From Gemmatimonadales bacterium (GTDB lineage: Bacteria > Gemmatimonadota > Gemmatimonadetes > Gemmatimonadales > GWC2-71-9), in contig JBFGJG010000003.1 in assembly GCA_041577295.1 (NCBI GenBank), positions 64,001 to 128,000 on the forward strand: a stretch of 64,000 nucleotides of DNA. Reading direction: 5' to 3'. Positions 28,711 through 38,539 of the stretch are shown here, piece after piece (position 1 is the first letter of the stretch; each line of letters begins with the position of its first letter). The notes under the pieces are model-generated. The model was not told where the DNA came from. It made no database searches and worked only from the letters and a program-made list of their open reading frames with translations. A program made the translations under genes and the position numbers.

Positions 28711-30429
28711 ATGAGGCACCCCATGACTGCACGACTCGTCACATGGCTCGTTGTGTGCGCGGCACCGGTGAGTGCGCAACAGCGACCAGCCGATCTCATC
28801 GTCACGAACGCGCGGATTTACACGGTGGACGAGACACGACCTCTGGCCGAGGCGATGGTGGTCAGCGATGGGCGAGTGACCTACGTCGGGAGCAACCGCT
28901 GGGCGCTCCGGTACGAGGGGCCCAATACTCAGCGGCTCGACCTCGATGGTAAAACGGTCATTCCCGGCATAGTGGACGCGCACGCGCACTTGGTGAGCCT
29001 CGGCGTGGCGCTGCGAACCGTGGATCTCGTGGCGACGCGGTCGTACGACGAAATCATCCAACGGGTGGTCGAGCGGGCCCGGACCGTCCCGGAGGGAGAA
29101 TGGATTCGTGGTCGTGGATGGGACCAGAACGACTGGGCCGACACCCGGTTCCCCACGCACGAGGCGCTGTCACGCGCCGTTCCCGATCACCCAGTCTATC
29201 TCACCCGAGTCGACGGACACGCGGCGCTCGTCAATGCGCGCGCGCTCGGGCTGGCCAACGTCACCGCGCGGACGCGGGATCCTGAAGGCGGCCGTTTCCT
29301 GCGGGACAGCAATGGCAATCCAACCGGCGTGTTGATCGACCGTGCACAGGACGCGGTGTCACGCATTATCCCTCATCCCTCGGATGATGAGACCCGCGAA
29401 GCCATTCTTGCGGCCATTACCGAAGCCAATCGCTGGGGGCTCACCGGAATACACGATGCGGGGGTTGGCGCTCGTATGATCGACCAGTACGAGGCGCTGG
29501 CAAGGGCGGGGCGCTACAACCTCCGTAATTACGTCATGATTTCGTCGGATGATGCGACGCTCGACCGCTACTTCGCGCGAGGCGCGCAGAACGGCCTGTA
29601 CGACGGACGGCTATGGATTCGCTCGATCAAGATCAGCGCCGACGGCGCCTTGGGAAGCCGCGGGGCGGCCCTGCTCGAATCCTACACGGACGATCCAGGC
29701 AACACCGGTTTGATTACGGTTCCCTACGAACGGGTTCGCGAGGTCGCGGTCCGCGCATTGGAAAACGGATTCCAACTGAACGTGCACGCGATCGGGGACC
29801 GGGCCAACCGCATGGTGCTCGATGCGTTCACTTCCGCGTTTGAGAGCGCCTCACCGACTGATCATCGATTTCGGATCGAGCACGCACAGGTCATCCACTT
29901 CCAGGACATCCCGCGCTTCGCCGAGCTGGATGTAATCCCTTCGATGCAGGGAAGCCACCAAACGAGCGACATGTACTGGGCGATGGACCGGCTCGGCTGG
30001 ACACGGGTGCAGGGGGCATACGCATGGCGGTCGCTGCTCAACACCGGCGTGGTCATTCCCAACGGCTCGGACTTTCCGGTCGAATCCGCGAATCCGTTGA
30101 TCTCGTTCAAGGCCTTCATCACGAGAGCCGATTCCGAGGGCTGGCCGGCTGGGGGTTGGTTCCCCGAGGAACGCACCACGCGGCAGGAGGCGCTCAAGAG
30201 CATCACGCTGTGGCCGGCGTACTCAGCGTTCATGGAGGACGTGGCGGGCACGCTCTCTCCGGGAAAATATGCGGACTTCGTGGTGCTCGATCAGGATATC
30301 ATGACCGTCGCACCCGAGCGCATCCTGGATACGCGAGTACTGATGACGGTGCTGGGAGGAAAAACGGTGTACGAGTCCATGCGCGGCGCCACATTCCGCT
30401 CAACGTCTTCCGCCGGGGCTCAGGATTGA
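28711..30429 (+). CDS. Secreted amidohydrolase family 3 (YtcJ-like)
   Basis: PGIVDAHAH, GRGWDQNDW, DGALGSRGAAL, HAIGDRAN, RIEHAQ, GSDFPVE. Confidence 0.92.
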   Translation: MRHPMTARLVTWLVVCAAPVSAQQRPADLIVTNARIYTVDETRPLAEAMVVSDGRVTYVGSNRWALRYEGPNTQRLDLDGKTVIPGIVDAHAHLVSLGVALRTVDLVATRSYDEIIQRVVERARTVPEGEWIRGRGWDQNDWADTRFPTHEALSRAVPDHPVYLTRVDGHAALVNARALGLANVTARTRDPEGGRFLRDSNGNPTGVLIDRAQDAVSRIIPHPSDDETREAILAAITEANRWGLTGIHDAGVGARMIDQYEALARAGRYNLRNYVMISSDDATLDRYFARGAQNGLYDGRLWIRSIKISADGALGSRGAALLESYTDDPGNTGLITVPYERVREVAVRALENGFQLNVHAIGDRANRMVLDAFTSAFESASPTDHRFRIEHAQVIHFQDIPRFAELDVIPSMQGSHQTSDMYWAMDRLGWTRVQGAYAWRSLLNTGVVIPNGSDFPVESANPLISFKAFITRADSEGWPAGGWFPEERTTRQEALKSITLWPAYSAFMEDVAGTLSPGKYADFVVLDQDIMTVAPERILDTRVLMTVLGGKTVYESMRGATFRSTSSAGAQD

Positions 30430-30440
30430 AATGAGGAATA

Positions 30441-30483
30441 CCGAGTGAACTCGACGAGTGCGTCACGTCGAGTCTTTCACCGG
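30441..30483 (+). terminator. Hairpin immediately downstream of the amidohydrolase (possible terminator)
   Basis: actcgacg/cgtcgagt core stem extended by gtgaa/ttcac and ccg/cgg. Confidence 0.45.
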
Positions 30484-30699
30484 CAATTGCAGGCGGGGGC
30501 GTGGGGCTGACCGGCTCATGATCTCGAAAACGGTGGCGCCCTGGACGTGCGGTCTCGGCGCCTTGGCGCCCAGCCAAAAGGGACCATCCGTTTGATGCGT
30601 GGCGCCCAAAGCCTCAGCGCATGTGCGTACCTGGCGGTTGCGGACTTTTTTCCACTCGAGAACCGTAAGCGATTATTGCAAAACACGTTGGCCCGATTT

Positions 30700-31035
30700 G
30701 GCCTCGGCCAAGTTGCCTTGACTTAGGCCCAAGTCGAGGCAACTCAGGCCCAAGTCGACGTAAATCGGGTCCAAGTCGGCTCAACTCGGGCCCGATTCGT
30801 CTCATCTGAGGCCTCGGGGGCGGTGTCTGACACCTGAGATATGCCGACTCGGGCCCAAGTCGCGTCAACTAAGGCCCCGGAGCACCCGATTCGGAGCCAA
30901 GTTGCGACGACTTTGGCCTAAGTCAGCACACCTTGGGCCTAAGTTGCGGCGACTCGGCCCTCAGTTGCGGCATCCAAGGCCTCAGCCGCGTCGTCTTAGG
31001 CCCGATTGGCCACCACTCTGGCCGTGCTTGACTGC
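30700..31035. repeat. Tandem array of about 16 degenerate 21-bp palindromic units
   Basis: Units start every 21 bp (30721, 30742, 30763 ... 31015) with no indels; consensus CR-ACTYRGGCCYRAGT-YG plus 3 nt. Confidence 0.85.
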
Positions 31036-31076
31036 GTATCGGTCTCTGACTGCAGGATCCAGGCGGTGTCTTCTCT

Positions 31077-32294
31077 TTACCCACCCCCGACTCCCACCGC
31101 CGGTTCAGGTACTCGATCCACCGGGGGGACGCGGAACGCAAGCACGGTCACGAACCCCACCACAGCGGCCGCGATATAGAACGGAACAGGACGCCCCCAT
31201 CCTTGGAACGCCGCCGTGGCCCAGATGGGGGCGATCACCCGGGACACGCCACCAAACGCTTGCTGGACGCCCAGCGTTTGCCCCCGCTCGTGATCGGACA
31301 CCCGTTGCGTCACCAGCGCCGTCACCGACGGGAATAGACACGCGGTCCCGATGGGTACCAAGCCGATCACGACTCCGAGGGTGATGGCAGTATCCGGTAA
31401 CGGAATGGCGAACAGACCGACCGTGAGCAGCACCGCACCGATGCGCATAACCTTGGTCTCGCCCAGCCAATCGACGAGCTTGCCCAGAACGACCGCTCGC
31501 ATGACCACACCCAAGGCACCGACGTACACGAAGAAGATCCCAATTGTTTGCTCTGTAATGCCAAAGTCACTCTCGAGATACAGCGCCAACACGGCCGTCA
31601 TCGACATGAAACCCAACATGCCCACCGCGTAGATCCACACGAGCCGCGCCACATCGCCGTGCGGCGTCCGCAGATAATCGATGATGACGGTTCCCACGGA
31701 ACGAATGGGCTCGCGCGTCGCGGGATCGACCATGGTGCCATCACCCTGCTTGTCGGGGTGAGACTCCGGTAGCCAACGTGCTGCAAAGGCAATGTTCAGC
31801 ACGCAGAGGCCTGCGGCGACGAGCCCGGGCGCTGCCGGTCCGAGGTTGAACGCGAGCGACCCGATTGCCGGACCGATCATGACGCCCGCCGCCGTCGACG
31901 CCGAGAGCCATCCCAACGCTTTGGCACGGTCCTTTGGCTCGGTGACGTCCGCGACGTACGCCTGAAGGACGCCCGTCGTTCCCCCACCAATACCCTGAAT
32001 CACGCGTGAGAGAAACAGCATCCAGATGGTGACGGCGAATCCGAAGACGAGGAACGCAGCGGCGGACATGCCCAATCCAAAGAGGATGGCGGCGCGGCGA
32101 CCGTATCGGTCGGAGAGCCGTCCCCACAGTGGGGCCGCGGCTAACTGTGCAACCGAGAAACTCGCGATCATCCACCCGATGACCCATTCCTGTGCTTCCA
32201 GCCTGAGCGCGTAGAATGGCAGCAGCGGGAAGATCATCGCGAAGCCGATCATATCGACGAAGGCGGCGGCCATCAGCACCGAGAGACGCTTCAT
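31077..32294 (-). CDS. MFS transporter (TetA/DHA1-like)
   Basis: Motif A WGRLSDRYGRR; FVDMIGFAMIFPLLP; QAYVADVT; 12-TM pattern; ATG overlaps the upstream stop. Confidence 0.92.
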   Translation of the reverse strand: MKRLSVLMAAAFVDMIGFAMIFPLLPFYALRLEAQEWVIGWMIASFSVAQLAAAPLWGRLSDRYGRRAAILFGLGMSAAAFLVFGFAVTIWMLFLSRVIQGIGGGTTGVLQAYVADVTEPKDRAKALGWLSASTAAGVMIGPAIGSLAFNLGPAAPGLVAAGLCVLNIAFAARWLPESHPDKQGDGTMVDPATREPIRSVGTVIIDYLRTPHGDVARLVWIYAVGMLGFMSMTAVLALYLESDFGITEQTIGIFFVYVGALGVVMRAVVLGKLVDWLGETKVMRIGAVLLTVGLFAIPLPDTAITLGVVIGLVPIGTACLFPSVTALVTQRVSDHERGQTLGVQQAFGGVSRVIAPIWATAAFQGWGRPVPFYIAAAVVGFVTVLAFRVPPVDRVPEPAVGVGGG

Positions 32295-33925
32295 CGTCTG
32301 GTCCCCACCGCCATGGCGGTCGCCGAGAACAGCATGAGCACCACGCCATAGGTGGCTGCCATTCCGACGTCGAATTGGCGCAAGGCGCCAAGGATTTCGA
32401 TGGAGATCGGCCGCGTATCGAACGTGTAGAGCACGATGGAGGTCACGAAGTCGCCCAACGCGGTAGCGAACGCTAGAGCGCCACCGGCCAGGAGCGCGGC
32501 TCGCAGCAGGGGCAGCGTCACGGTGCGCAACGTCCTCCACCGTCCCGCACCCAGTGACGAGGCCGCCTCGTCGAGTGAGGGGTCGAGCTGACGAAACCCT
32601 GCGAGGATCGAACCTGCCGCGATGGGAATGTTGCGGACCAAATACGCGAGCGGGAGAATCAGGAACGTCCCAACGAGCACCCAACGACCGGCCCAGGGCG
32701 CTCGCACGCTGAACGTGGTCGCCAACGCAATCGCCAACACCGTGCCGGGCACGGCCCACGGGATGTTGACCAGGGTCTCGATGGCACCACGGAGGGTCAC
32801 GCGGCGTTGCACCACGAGGCGACCCGCCCATACGGCCACACCCACGGCGGCAAGGGTCGCCACGGCGGCCATCCACAGCGAGTTGAGCAGTGGTCGAAGA
32901 CGCTCCGGCTCCGTGACGAGTGCGATGTAGTTGACGGTGGCGTAGGTCGGGGGAAAGAGCTCCGTGGTCCACGTGCCCGCCGGTACGAACGACACGAGAA
33001 TCAGTGTGAAGTGCGGCAGCAACAACACGCCGCCGAGGATCCAACCCACCGATGCCGCACCCCACCTGGCGAGCGGCCGGATCAGCGTTCGCGCTGGGGG
33101 CGGCGTTCCCTTCCCAACGGCAGCGACGAGATCCGTCCCCTGCGTCCGCCGCAAGAGCGCCAACCCGACCAACGCCACGATGGCCAGCGCCGCCGTTTCG
33201 ACCGCAGCCATGCCCAGGTCGCCGTTCAGCTTGCTTGCGACGATTTGGGTCGTCATCACGCGGAAACCGCCGCCGAAGATGTACGGCGCGCTGAAGGAGC
33301 CCAACGAGGTCATGAACGTGAGCAACGCGGCCGCGGCAAGCTGGGGTCGGATCAGCGGGAGCGTGACGCGCGTCAGCGTGGCCAGCGGACCGGTGCCAAG
33401 CGCATGGGCCGCCTCGATCATGGAGCTATCGACGCGGGCCAGACCGGCGCGCGTAAAGAGGTAGAAGTACACGTACATCGAGTACGCGTGTACGAGGAGA
33501 ATGGCGCCGGCCCCCTGGAGTCGCCACGGAGCGCCGTCCAAGTTCAAGAGGCTCGCCACTGCCCGCGCGACGAAGCCACTCTCACCATAGAGGAATAAGA
33601 ACGCGATCACACCCACCAGCGGTGGGAGCACCGCGGGCAGGGCCACCAGGGCGCCGACCACTCGCCGTCCGGGAAAGTTGACACGTTCGAATACGAAACC
33701 GAGCGGGATGCCGATTGCAGCGGCGAGCGCCACGCTCGCAACCGAGATCCATACGCTCGCCCACATGGCACTCCACTCTCGGCGCTCGGTGGCAAACTCC
33801 ACCACGTAACGTAGCGTCCAGCCGCCGTCCCCTCGGACGCTGTCGAGAAACACGAGTGCCAGTGGATAGACGACGATCCAGACGAGCAGGAGGGTGAGCC
33901 AAACCCCGCGCGGTCTTCTGGTCAC
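32291..33925 (-). CDS. ABC importer permease (FbpB/ThiP-like, duplicated domain)
   Basis: Two EAA loops: IEAAHALG and LDEAASSLGAG; RVTLPLIRP and TVTLPLLR. Confidence 0.92.
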   Translation of the reverse strand: MTRRPRGVWLTLLLVWIVVYPLALVFLDSVRGDGGWTLRYVVEFATERREWSAMWASVWISVASVALAAAIGIPLGFVFERVNFPGRRVVGALVALPAVLPPLVGVIAFLFLYGESGFVARAVASLLNLDGAPWRLQGAGAILLVHAYSMYVYFYLFTRAGLARVDSSMIEAAHALGTGPLATLTRVTLPLIRPQLAAAALLTFMTSLGSFSAPYIFGGGFRVMTTQIVASKLNGDLGMAAVETAALAIVALVGLALLRRTQGTDLVAAVGKGTPPPARTLIRPLARWGAASVGWILGGVLLLPHFTLILVSFVPAGTWTTELFPPTYATVNYIALVTEPERLRPLLNSLWMAAVATLAAVGVAVWAGRLVVQRRVTLRGAIETLVNIPWAVPGTVLAIALATTFSVRAPWAGRWVLVGTFLILPLAYLVRNIPIAAGSILAGFRQLDPSLDEAASSLGAGRWRTLRTVTLPLLRAALLAGGALAFATALGDFVTSIVLYTFDTRPISIEILGALRQFDVGMAATYGVVLMLFSATAMAVGTRR

Positions 33926-34956
33926 GCTTTCTCCGGAAAGGCATGCGCCCGCACCGCCACGACCCCGACGGTCTGCCCAATCTGCGCGGCGTGGACGGGC
34001 GCCTCGACCTCGAGGGTGATCCCCTCACCCACCCGCACACGAAAGTAGGCTCTCGCCCCGGTGTACCGTCGTCCCACGACGGTTCCGCGCACACCCTGTT
34101 CCGCGAAACGCAACGCCTCGGGTCGAACGACGACGCGGACCGGTGAGCCGACGGGAACCGGATGCGGCGTTTCGACGGCCCACTCACCTCCAATAGCGAG
34201 CTGCGCCTGGCCGGGCGCATGGAGCATCGCTGGGACTTCACTCGCGCGCCCCACAAAGGTCGCCACGAAGAGAGTTTGGGGACGCTCGTAGAGTTCGTGG
34301 GCTGGGCCCACTTGCTCCAAACGGCCACCCCGAAGCACCGCAACTCGGTCGCCGAGCGCGAACGCCTCCTCCTGCTCGTGCGTTACCAGTACGGTGGTGA
34401 CGCCGATCTTGGCGAGCGCCGCCCGGAGCTCCACACGAGTGCGCTCCCGCAAACCGGGGTCGAGGTTGGAGAGCGGCTCGTCGAGCAGAAGGACGCGGGG
34501 TTCCGGAGCAAGTGCCCTGGCCACCGCCACGCGTTGCTGCTGCCCACCCGACAGCTCCGTCACTTTTCGGTGAGCGAACCCCGTTAGATCGACGAGCGCA
34601 AGCATCTCGTCGACCCGCGCAGTGCGACGCTCGCGCGAGTCGCGTCGTGCGAGACCAAAAGCGACGTTTTCACCCACCGTAAGATGCGGAAAGAGGGCAT
34701 AGTGCTGGAACACCATGCCAAAGCGACGCTGTGCAGGAGAAAGGCCCGTTACATCGCGTCCATCGACAATGATCTCACCCATGTCAGGGCGCTCGAACCC
34801 GGCCAACAGCCGCAGGGTCGTGGTCTTGCCACTCCCGCTCGGACCCAACAAGGCGAGGACGCCGCCTTGGGGCACCGTCACGCAAAGGTCCGTGACCGCG
34901 AGGTGATCGCCGAAACGTTTGGTGAGGTTACGCAGCTCGAGGAAGGAATCGCTCAT
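33922..34956 (-). CDS. ABC importer ATP-binding protein (FbpC/PotA-like)
   Basis: GPSGSGKTT, FQHYALFPH, LSGGQQQR, LLDEPLSNLD, C-terminal TOBE-like domain. Confidence 0.95.
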   Translation of the reverse strand: MSDSFLELRNLTKRFGDHLAVTDLCVTVPQGGVLALLGPSGSGKTTTLRLLAGFERPDMGEIIVDGRDVTGLSPAQRRFGMVFQHYALFPHLTVGENVAFGLARRDSRERRTARVDEMLALVDLTGFAHRKVTELSGGQQQRVAVARALAPEPRVLLLDEPLSNLDPGLRERTRVELRAALAKIGVTTVLVTHEQEEAFALGDRVAVLRGGRLEQVGPAHELYERPQTLFVATFVGRASEVPAMLHAPGQAQLAIGGEWAVETPHPVPVGSPVRVVVRPEALRFAEQGVRGTVVGRRYTGARAYFRVRVGEGITLEVEAPVHAAQIGQTVGVVAVRAHAFPEKA

Positions 34957-35982
34957 TCAACGCGCCGTCCCTCCACGTCCGCGTACATGTCGATCCCAGT
35001 AATCCATCCACGCAGAGCCGCGGTCGCTCAATAACGCCCAGTCGACAGGCTCCGGGACGAGCCCCTGTTTGACGCGCAGGGCCCACTCGGGGAGAGAGTC
35101 TGCCGGGAGATCCGTTCGGGCGGGGAGTCGGAAGGTCTCCCGCGCGGCAAGCAGCTGGGCCTCAACCGACCCCACCCAGTCCACGAAGCGCTTGGCCTCC
35201 TCTGGATGTCTGGTGCCACGCACCACTGCGATGGCGTCCTCGATGATCGGCGTCCCACTCGTGGGAAGCATGAACCCAAAGGGACTACCCTTCGACGATT
35301 CTACGAGGATATCCGGCAGGTCCCATAGCGTGAGCAATCCTTCTTGACGCAACAGCTTTTGGTGCAGGAGCGCCGGGTTGAACACATACTCCTTGGTTTG
35401 TGCATCGAGACGCCGTAGCCATTCGAATCCGGCTGCGGTGTCACCCGTGGTGCGCAACCCCCGCTCGATGATCATGCCGAAGATCGTCCGCATGGTTCCC
35501 GATCCAAGTGGCTCGCGGATGATGATCGTGCCACGCCACTTGGGTGCCAGCACCTCGTCCCAGTCCTTCGGGACCTCATCCGGTGAAAGCGCCGCGCTGT
35601 TGTACGCGATGACCGCTGGCGTTTCGTAAACAGCGAAGTACAACTCGGCGGGCCCGTGCGCTCTCGGTGGCACCGCGTCGGCCCACACAGGGCGGTACGG
35701 CGCGAGCAGTGATTCCGCCGCCGCGCGCCGAAATAGCGTCGACGGCGCGCCAAACCAGATGTCGGCTTGCGGGTTCGCACGCTCGGAACGCACACGGTCG
35801 AGCACGTCCTGTGAGCCCATATCGAGCCACCGCACGTCGATCTCGGGATTGGCCTCCTCGAATCGGGCTTCGGCAAGCGCCAGTAGATCACGCCCGTGCG
35901 GCGAATAGACGACCAGAGGCGTCCGCCCATCGGAACAAGCGGCTAACACGCACAAACCCAGCACAATCAGCCTACGGCGCAT
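34957..35982 (-). CDS. ABC importer substrate-binding lipoprotein (Fe3+/thiamine-type family)
   Basis: Lipobox LAAC; LVVYSPHG, RVRSERANPQADIWFG, PKDWDEVL, AKRFVDW. Confidence 0.9.
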   Translation of the reverse strand: MRRRLIVLGLCVLAACSDGRTPLVVYSPHGRDLLALAEARFEEANPEIDVRWLDMGSQDVLDRVRSERANPQADIWFGAPSTLFRRAAAESLLAPYRPVWADAVPPRAHGPAELYFAVYETPAVIAYNSAALSPDEVPKDWDEVLAPKWRGTIIIREPLGSGTMRTIFGMIIERGLRTTGDTAAGFEWLRRLDAQTKEYVFNPALLHQKLLRQEGLLTLWDLPDILVESSKGSPFGFMLPTSGTPIIEDAIAVVRGTRHPEEAKRFVDWVGSVEAQLLAARETFRLPARTDLPADSLPEWALRVKQGLVPEPVDWALLSDRGSAWMDYWDRHVRGRGGTAR

Positions 35983-38539
35983 TGCGAGCATGCAACCCCA
36001 CGAGATTGAGAAACAGACGATACGCACCGGGGACACCCGCCGGTAAGGCACGAAAGAAGCTCAACCCGGTATATACGAACGTGCCCTCGCCGTACGGTGC
36101 AACGAGCAACGCGCCTCGTAAGGGCTCGCCCTGCTCGTTGGGCATCTCCAGCAGCGGGATGTACTCCGTGGCCCACGTGCGCGCAAAATAGAGCCCGCGT
36201 TCCTGCGGCCATTCCTCCCAGTCGTCGGGACCAATCTGGTTCGGCATTCGCACCACCCGATGCGCGGGATCGAGAACCCGCACCGGGGCGGTCTCATCGG
36301 TTACCCGATCATGCGGACGCGCAATGTCCAGTGCGTACGGGGCAAACCCACCACGCACGAACTGATACTGCTGGTACTGGACCACCAAGAGTCCTCCCTG
36401 CCGCACGTACTCCAGTAAGCGTCGGTGGTGTCGCACGAGCGCTGAATCCGTCTCGTAGGCGCGGGTTCCAATGATGATACAATCGAAGCGAGCGAGCCCT
36501 CCGGTAGCGAGTGTCGGCTCGTCGAGCACCTCGAGTGGCAGACCAATTCGGGCGAGCGCCTCCGGAACCCGGTCCGAGGCTCCGCGCACGTATCCCACCG
36601 CTCCGATCGCAGGGAGTGCGATGTCCGCCACACGGACGACCGCCATCGCCGGTCGTGTGGTTGCTACCGGACGGATATGTGCGTACTCGATTTCCTCAAC
36701 TCCGCGATCGAACACGGTACCTCGCACGTCGATCGCGCGCGCGCGAACCTCGACCTTCGCTCGATCTACGTTGGGGGGTCGGTGAAGCCGAAACGTCAGC
36801 GTCGCCTTATCGCCCTTCTGATCGAGACGGAAGGACTGGGGCTCGGGATCTGCCCACCCCTCCACGTCGAGCTCGACGACCCCCCGCACCGTGTCTGGCA
36901 GATGGGAAGCGAGATCGACGGTGAATGGTTGCTGCTCCGGTCCACGGCTCGACCACACGAGGTTATCGGGCGTCAGTGATACGGCGATCCCAGGAATCAC
37001 CTGCAGCGGCGTGCGGATCTCGCCAACGATCTGGTCCCGAACCCTATGAGTCACCTCGCGCCGGAGCGCGAAGTCGACACCCGCCACCCGTAGCCGCGCG
37101 ACGACGTGCAACGGCGGTGGCTCGAACGGCAAGCCCCGCACGGGCGCGGCCGCGTGCTCCCAATTGTATAGCCAGCCGACCATCGAGTCGGCCAGAAAGT
37201 ACGGCACCGTGATCCTCGCAGACGGATCGACGGTGAGCTCGGCGCGGACCGTCTCGATCGCTCCAGCAGGCAACGGCCTCGCCGCCAGCTGCACGACACG
37301 GCCCTGCCCCATCATTTCGGGCTCGTCCCACTCGGCCTCGAGGGTCACCTCGTCGAGTGCCGCTTCATGCTCACCGCCGTTGTACACGTCGATTCGAACG
37401 CCCACTCGCTGCCCGGCCACGAGATCCGGCTCTGCCGCGGTGGCATCGAGCACAATGCCCGCAGCTGTCGCGAGGGCGAACTCGATGAGCTCGAGACGTT
37501 CCTCACGAACGCCCTCCGCCCGCGCCCGCTCGAGGGCCGACGCCAGTGGTCCCACGGCGTCCCCAAGGCGCGGCGTGGCCAGGTGTCGTCGCAGCGAATC
37601 CGCAAACTGTGTGAGCCACGACGAGTCCGACGAGATCCCGTCAAACAGATGACGATCTTCCCTGTCACCCACACGACGGTCCAGCAGCCGCAAGCGCACT
37701 TGTGCGGGACCCGTTGGCTGCAACACACCAAAGTCCTGCGAGCGGTGTTGGCTGCGACTCGCCATTGCGATCTGGTGCAACGTCTTGCCAGTTCGGGGAT
37801 CGAGCCCGCCACTCTCGAGCATCAGCGTGGCTGCGGCCGTATCGAACCGCGTTGTCCGATAGAGCTTGAGCGGCGCCCACGGGGAGAGCCCTTCTTCCAT
37901 CGCCAGCTCAGGAAAAACTGAAGCGTCCCCCGCCTGTGCAAACGCACGTCGTGCCATGAGACCAGACTGCCGATGCTGACCGTGCCCGTCACGAGCGGTT
38001 CCGGAGAAGATCGATACCAACACGTGTGGGCGAAAACGCCGCACCACGCGCACGACGTCCTTGAGAACGGAATCGGCAATCCAACGCGATTCGGTCTCTG
38101 CCAAGGACCGGGTGTAGCCGAAGTCGAACGCTCGCGTGAAGAACTGCCGGGCACCATCCACGGAGCGCGCAGCTTCGAGCTCTCGCGAGCGCAGCAAGCC
38201 AAGCGCGACACCCAACTCAGGCCCGAGGACATTCTGGCCACCCTCCCCTCGGGAGAGTGCGAGGTACGCTGCTTCGGCACCGAGACCTCGGGCCGCCAGG
38301 GTGAGCAATGCCGTGTCCTCGTCGTCCGGGTGAGCGCCGATCACCAGGACTCTCCGCTGCTCCGCAAGCCGCTGCAAGAGCGCATCGAGGGCGACGACAC
38401 CACCGGTCGACGGAGGAGTGAGCTGCGCGTGGAGCTCCCCACCCCCCGCAGTCAGGCCAACCACGAGCGCAGCCACCGTGGTCCACAGATGGCGGGGTGC
38501 GGGGTAGCGGATCGATCGTCGTGGACTACGCAGCGTCAC
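35972..38539 (-). CDS. Secreted PIG-L/LmbE family deacetylase with C-terminal accessory domains
   Basis: GAHPDDED, RGEGGQN, RAFDFGY, HGQH, SRSQHRSQ; signal ending ..LHAQ; start uncertain (GTG 38539). Confidence 0.88.
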   Translation of the reverse strand: MTLRSPRRSIRYPAPRHLWTTVAALVVGLTAGGGELHAQLTPPSTGGVVALDALLQRLAEQRRVLVIGAHPDDEDTALLTLAARGLGAEAAYLALSRGEGGQNVLGPELGVALGLLRSRELEAARSVDGARQFFTRAFDFGYTRSLAETESRWIADSVLKDVVRVVRRFRPHVLVSIFSGTARDGHGQHRQSGLMARRAFAQAGDASVFPELAMEEGLSPWAPLKLYRTTRFDTAAATLMLESGGLDPRTGKTLHQIAMASRSQHRSQDFGVLQPTGPAQVRLRLLDRRVGDREDRHLFDGISSDSSWLTQFADSLRRHLATPRLGDAVGPLASALERARAEGVREERLELIEFALATAAGIVLDATAAEPDLVAGQRVGVRIDVYNGGEHEAALDEVTLEAEWDEPEMMGQGRVVQLAARPLPAGAIETVRAELTVDPSARITVPYFLADSMVGWLYNWEHAAAPVRGLPFEPPPLHVVARLRVAGVDFALRREVTHRVRDQIVGEIRTPLQVIPGIAVSLTPDNLVWSSRGPEQQPFTVDLASHLPDTVRGVVELDVEGWADPEPQSFRLDQKGDKATLTFRLHRPPNVDRAKVEVRARAIDVRGTVFDRGVEEIEYAHIRPVATTRPAMAVVRVADIALPAIGAVGYVRGASDRVPEALARIGLPLEVLDEPTLATGGLARFDCIIIGTRAYETDSALVRHHRRLLEYVRQGGLLVVQYQQYQFVRGGFAPYALDIARPHDRVTDETAPVRVLDPAHRVVRMPNQIGPDDWEEWPQERGLYFARTWATEYIPLLEMPNEQGEPLRGALLVAPYGEGTFVYTGLSFFRALPAGVPGAYRLFLNLVGLHARNAP

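Noticed and set aside
30700..31035. CRISPR array
   Set aside because: The period is only 21 bp, the repeats are degenerate, the variable part is 3-7 nt, and there are no cas genes in the window.
30614..31384. Heptad-repeat protein ORFs (30614..30868 -, 30902..31384 +, 30923..31141 -)
   Set aside because: The repeat frame is interrupted by stops on both strands, starts are weak (TTG, no RBS), and the similar peptides on both strands follow simply from the palindromic unit.
32295..33065. Long N-terminal extension of the MFS ORF (662 aa in the track)
   Set aside because: It overlaps the ABC permease in another frame; MFS similarity begins at ATG 32294.
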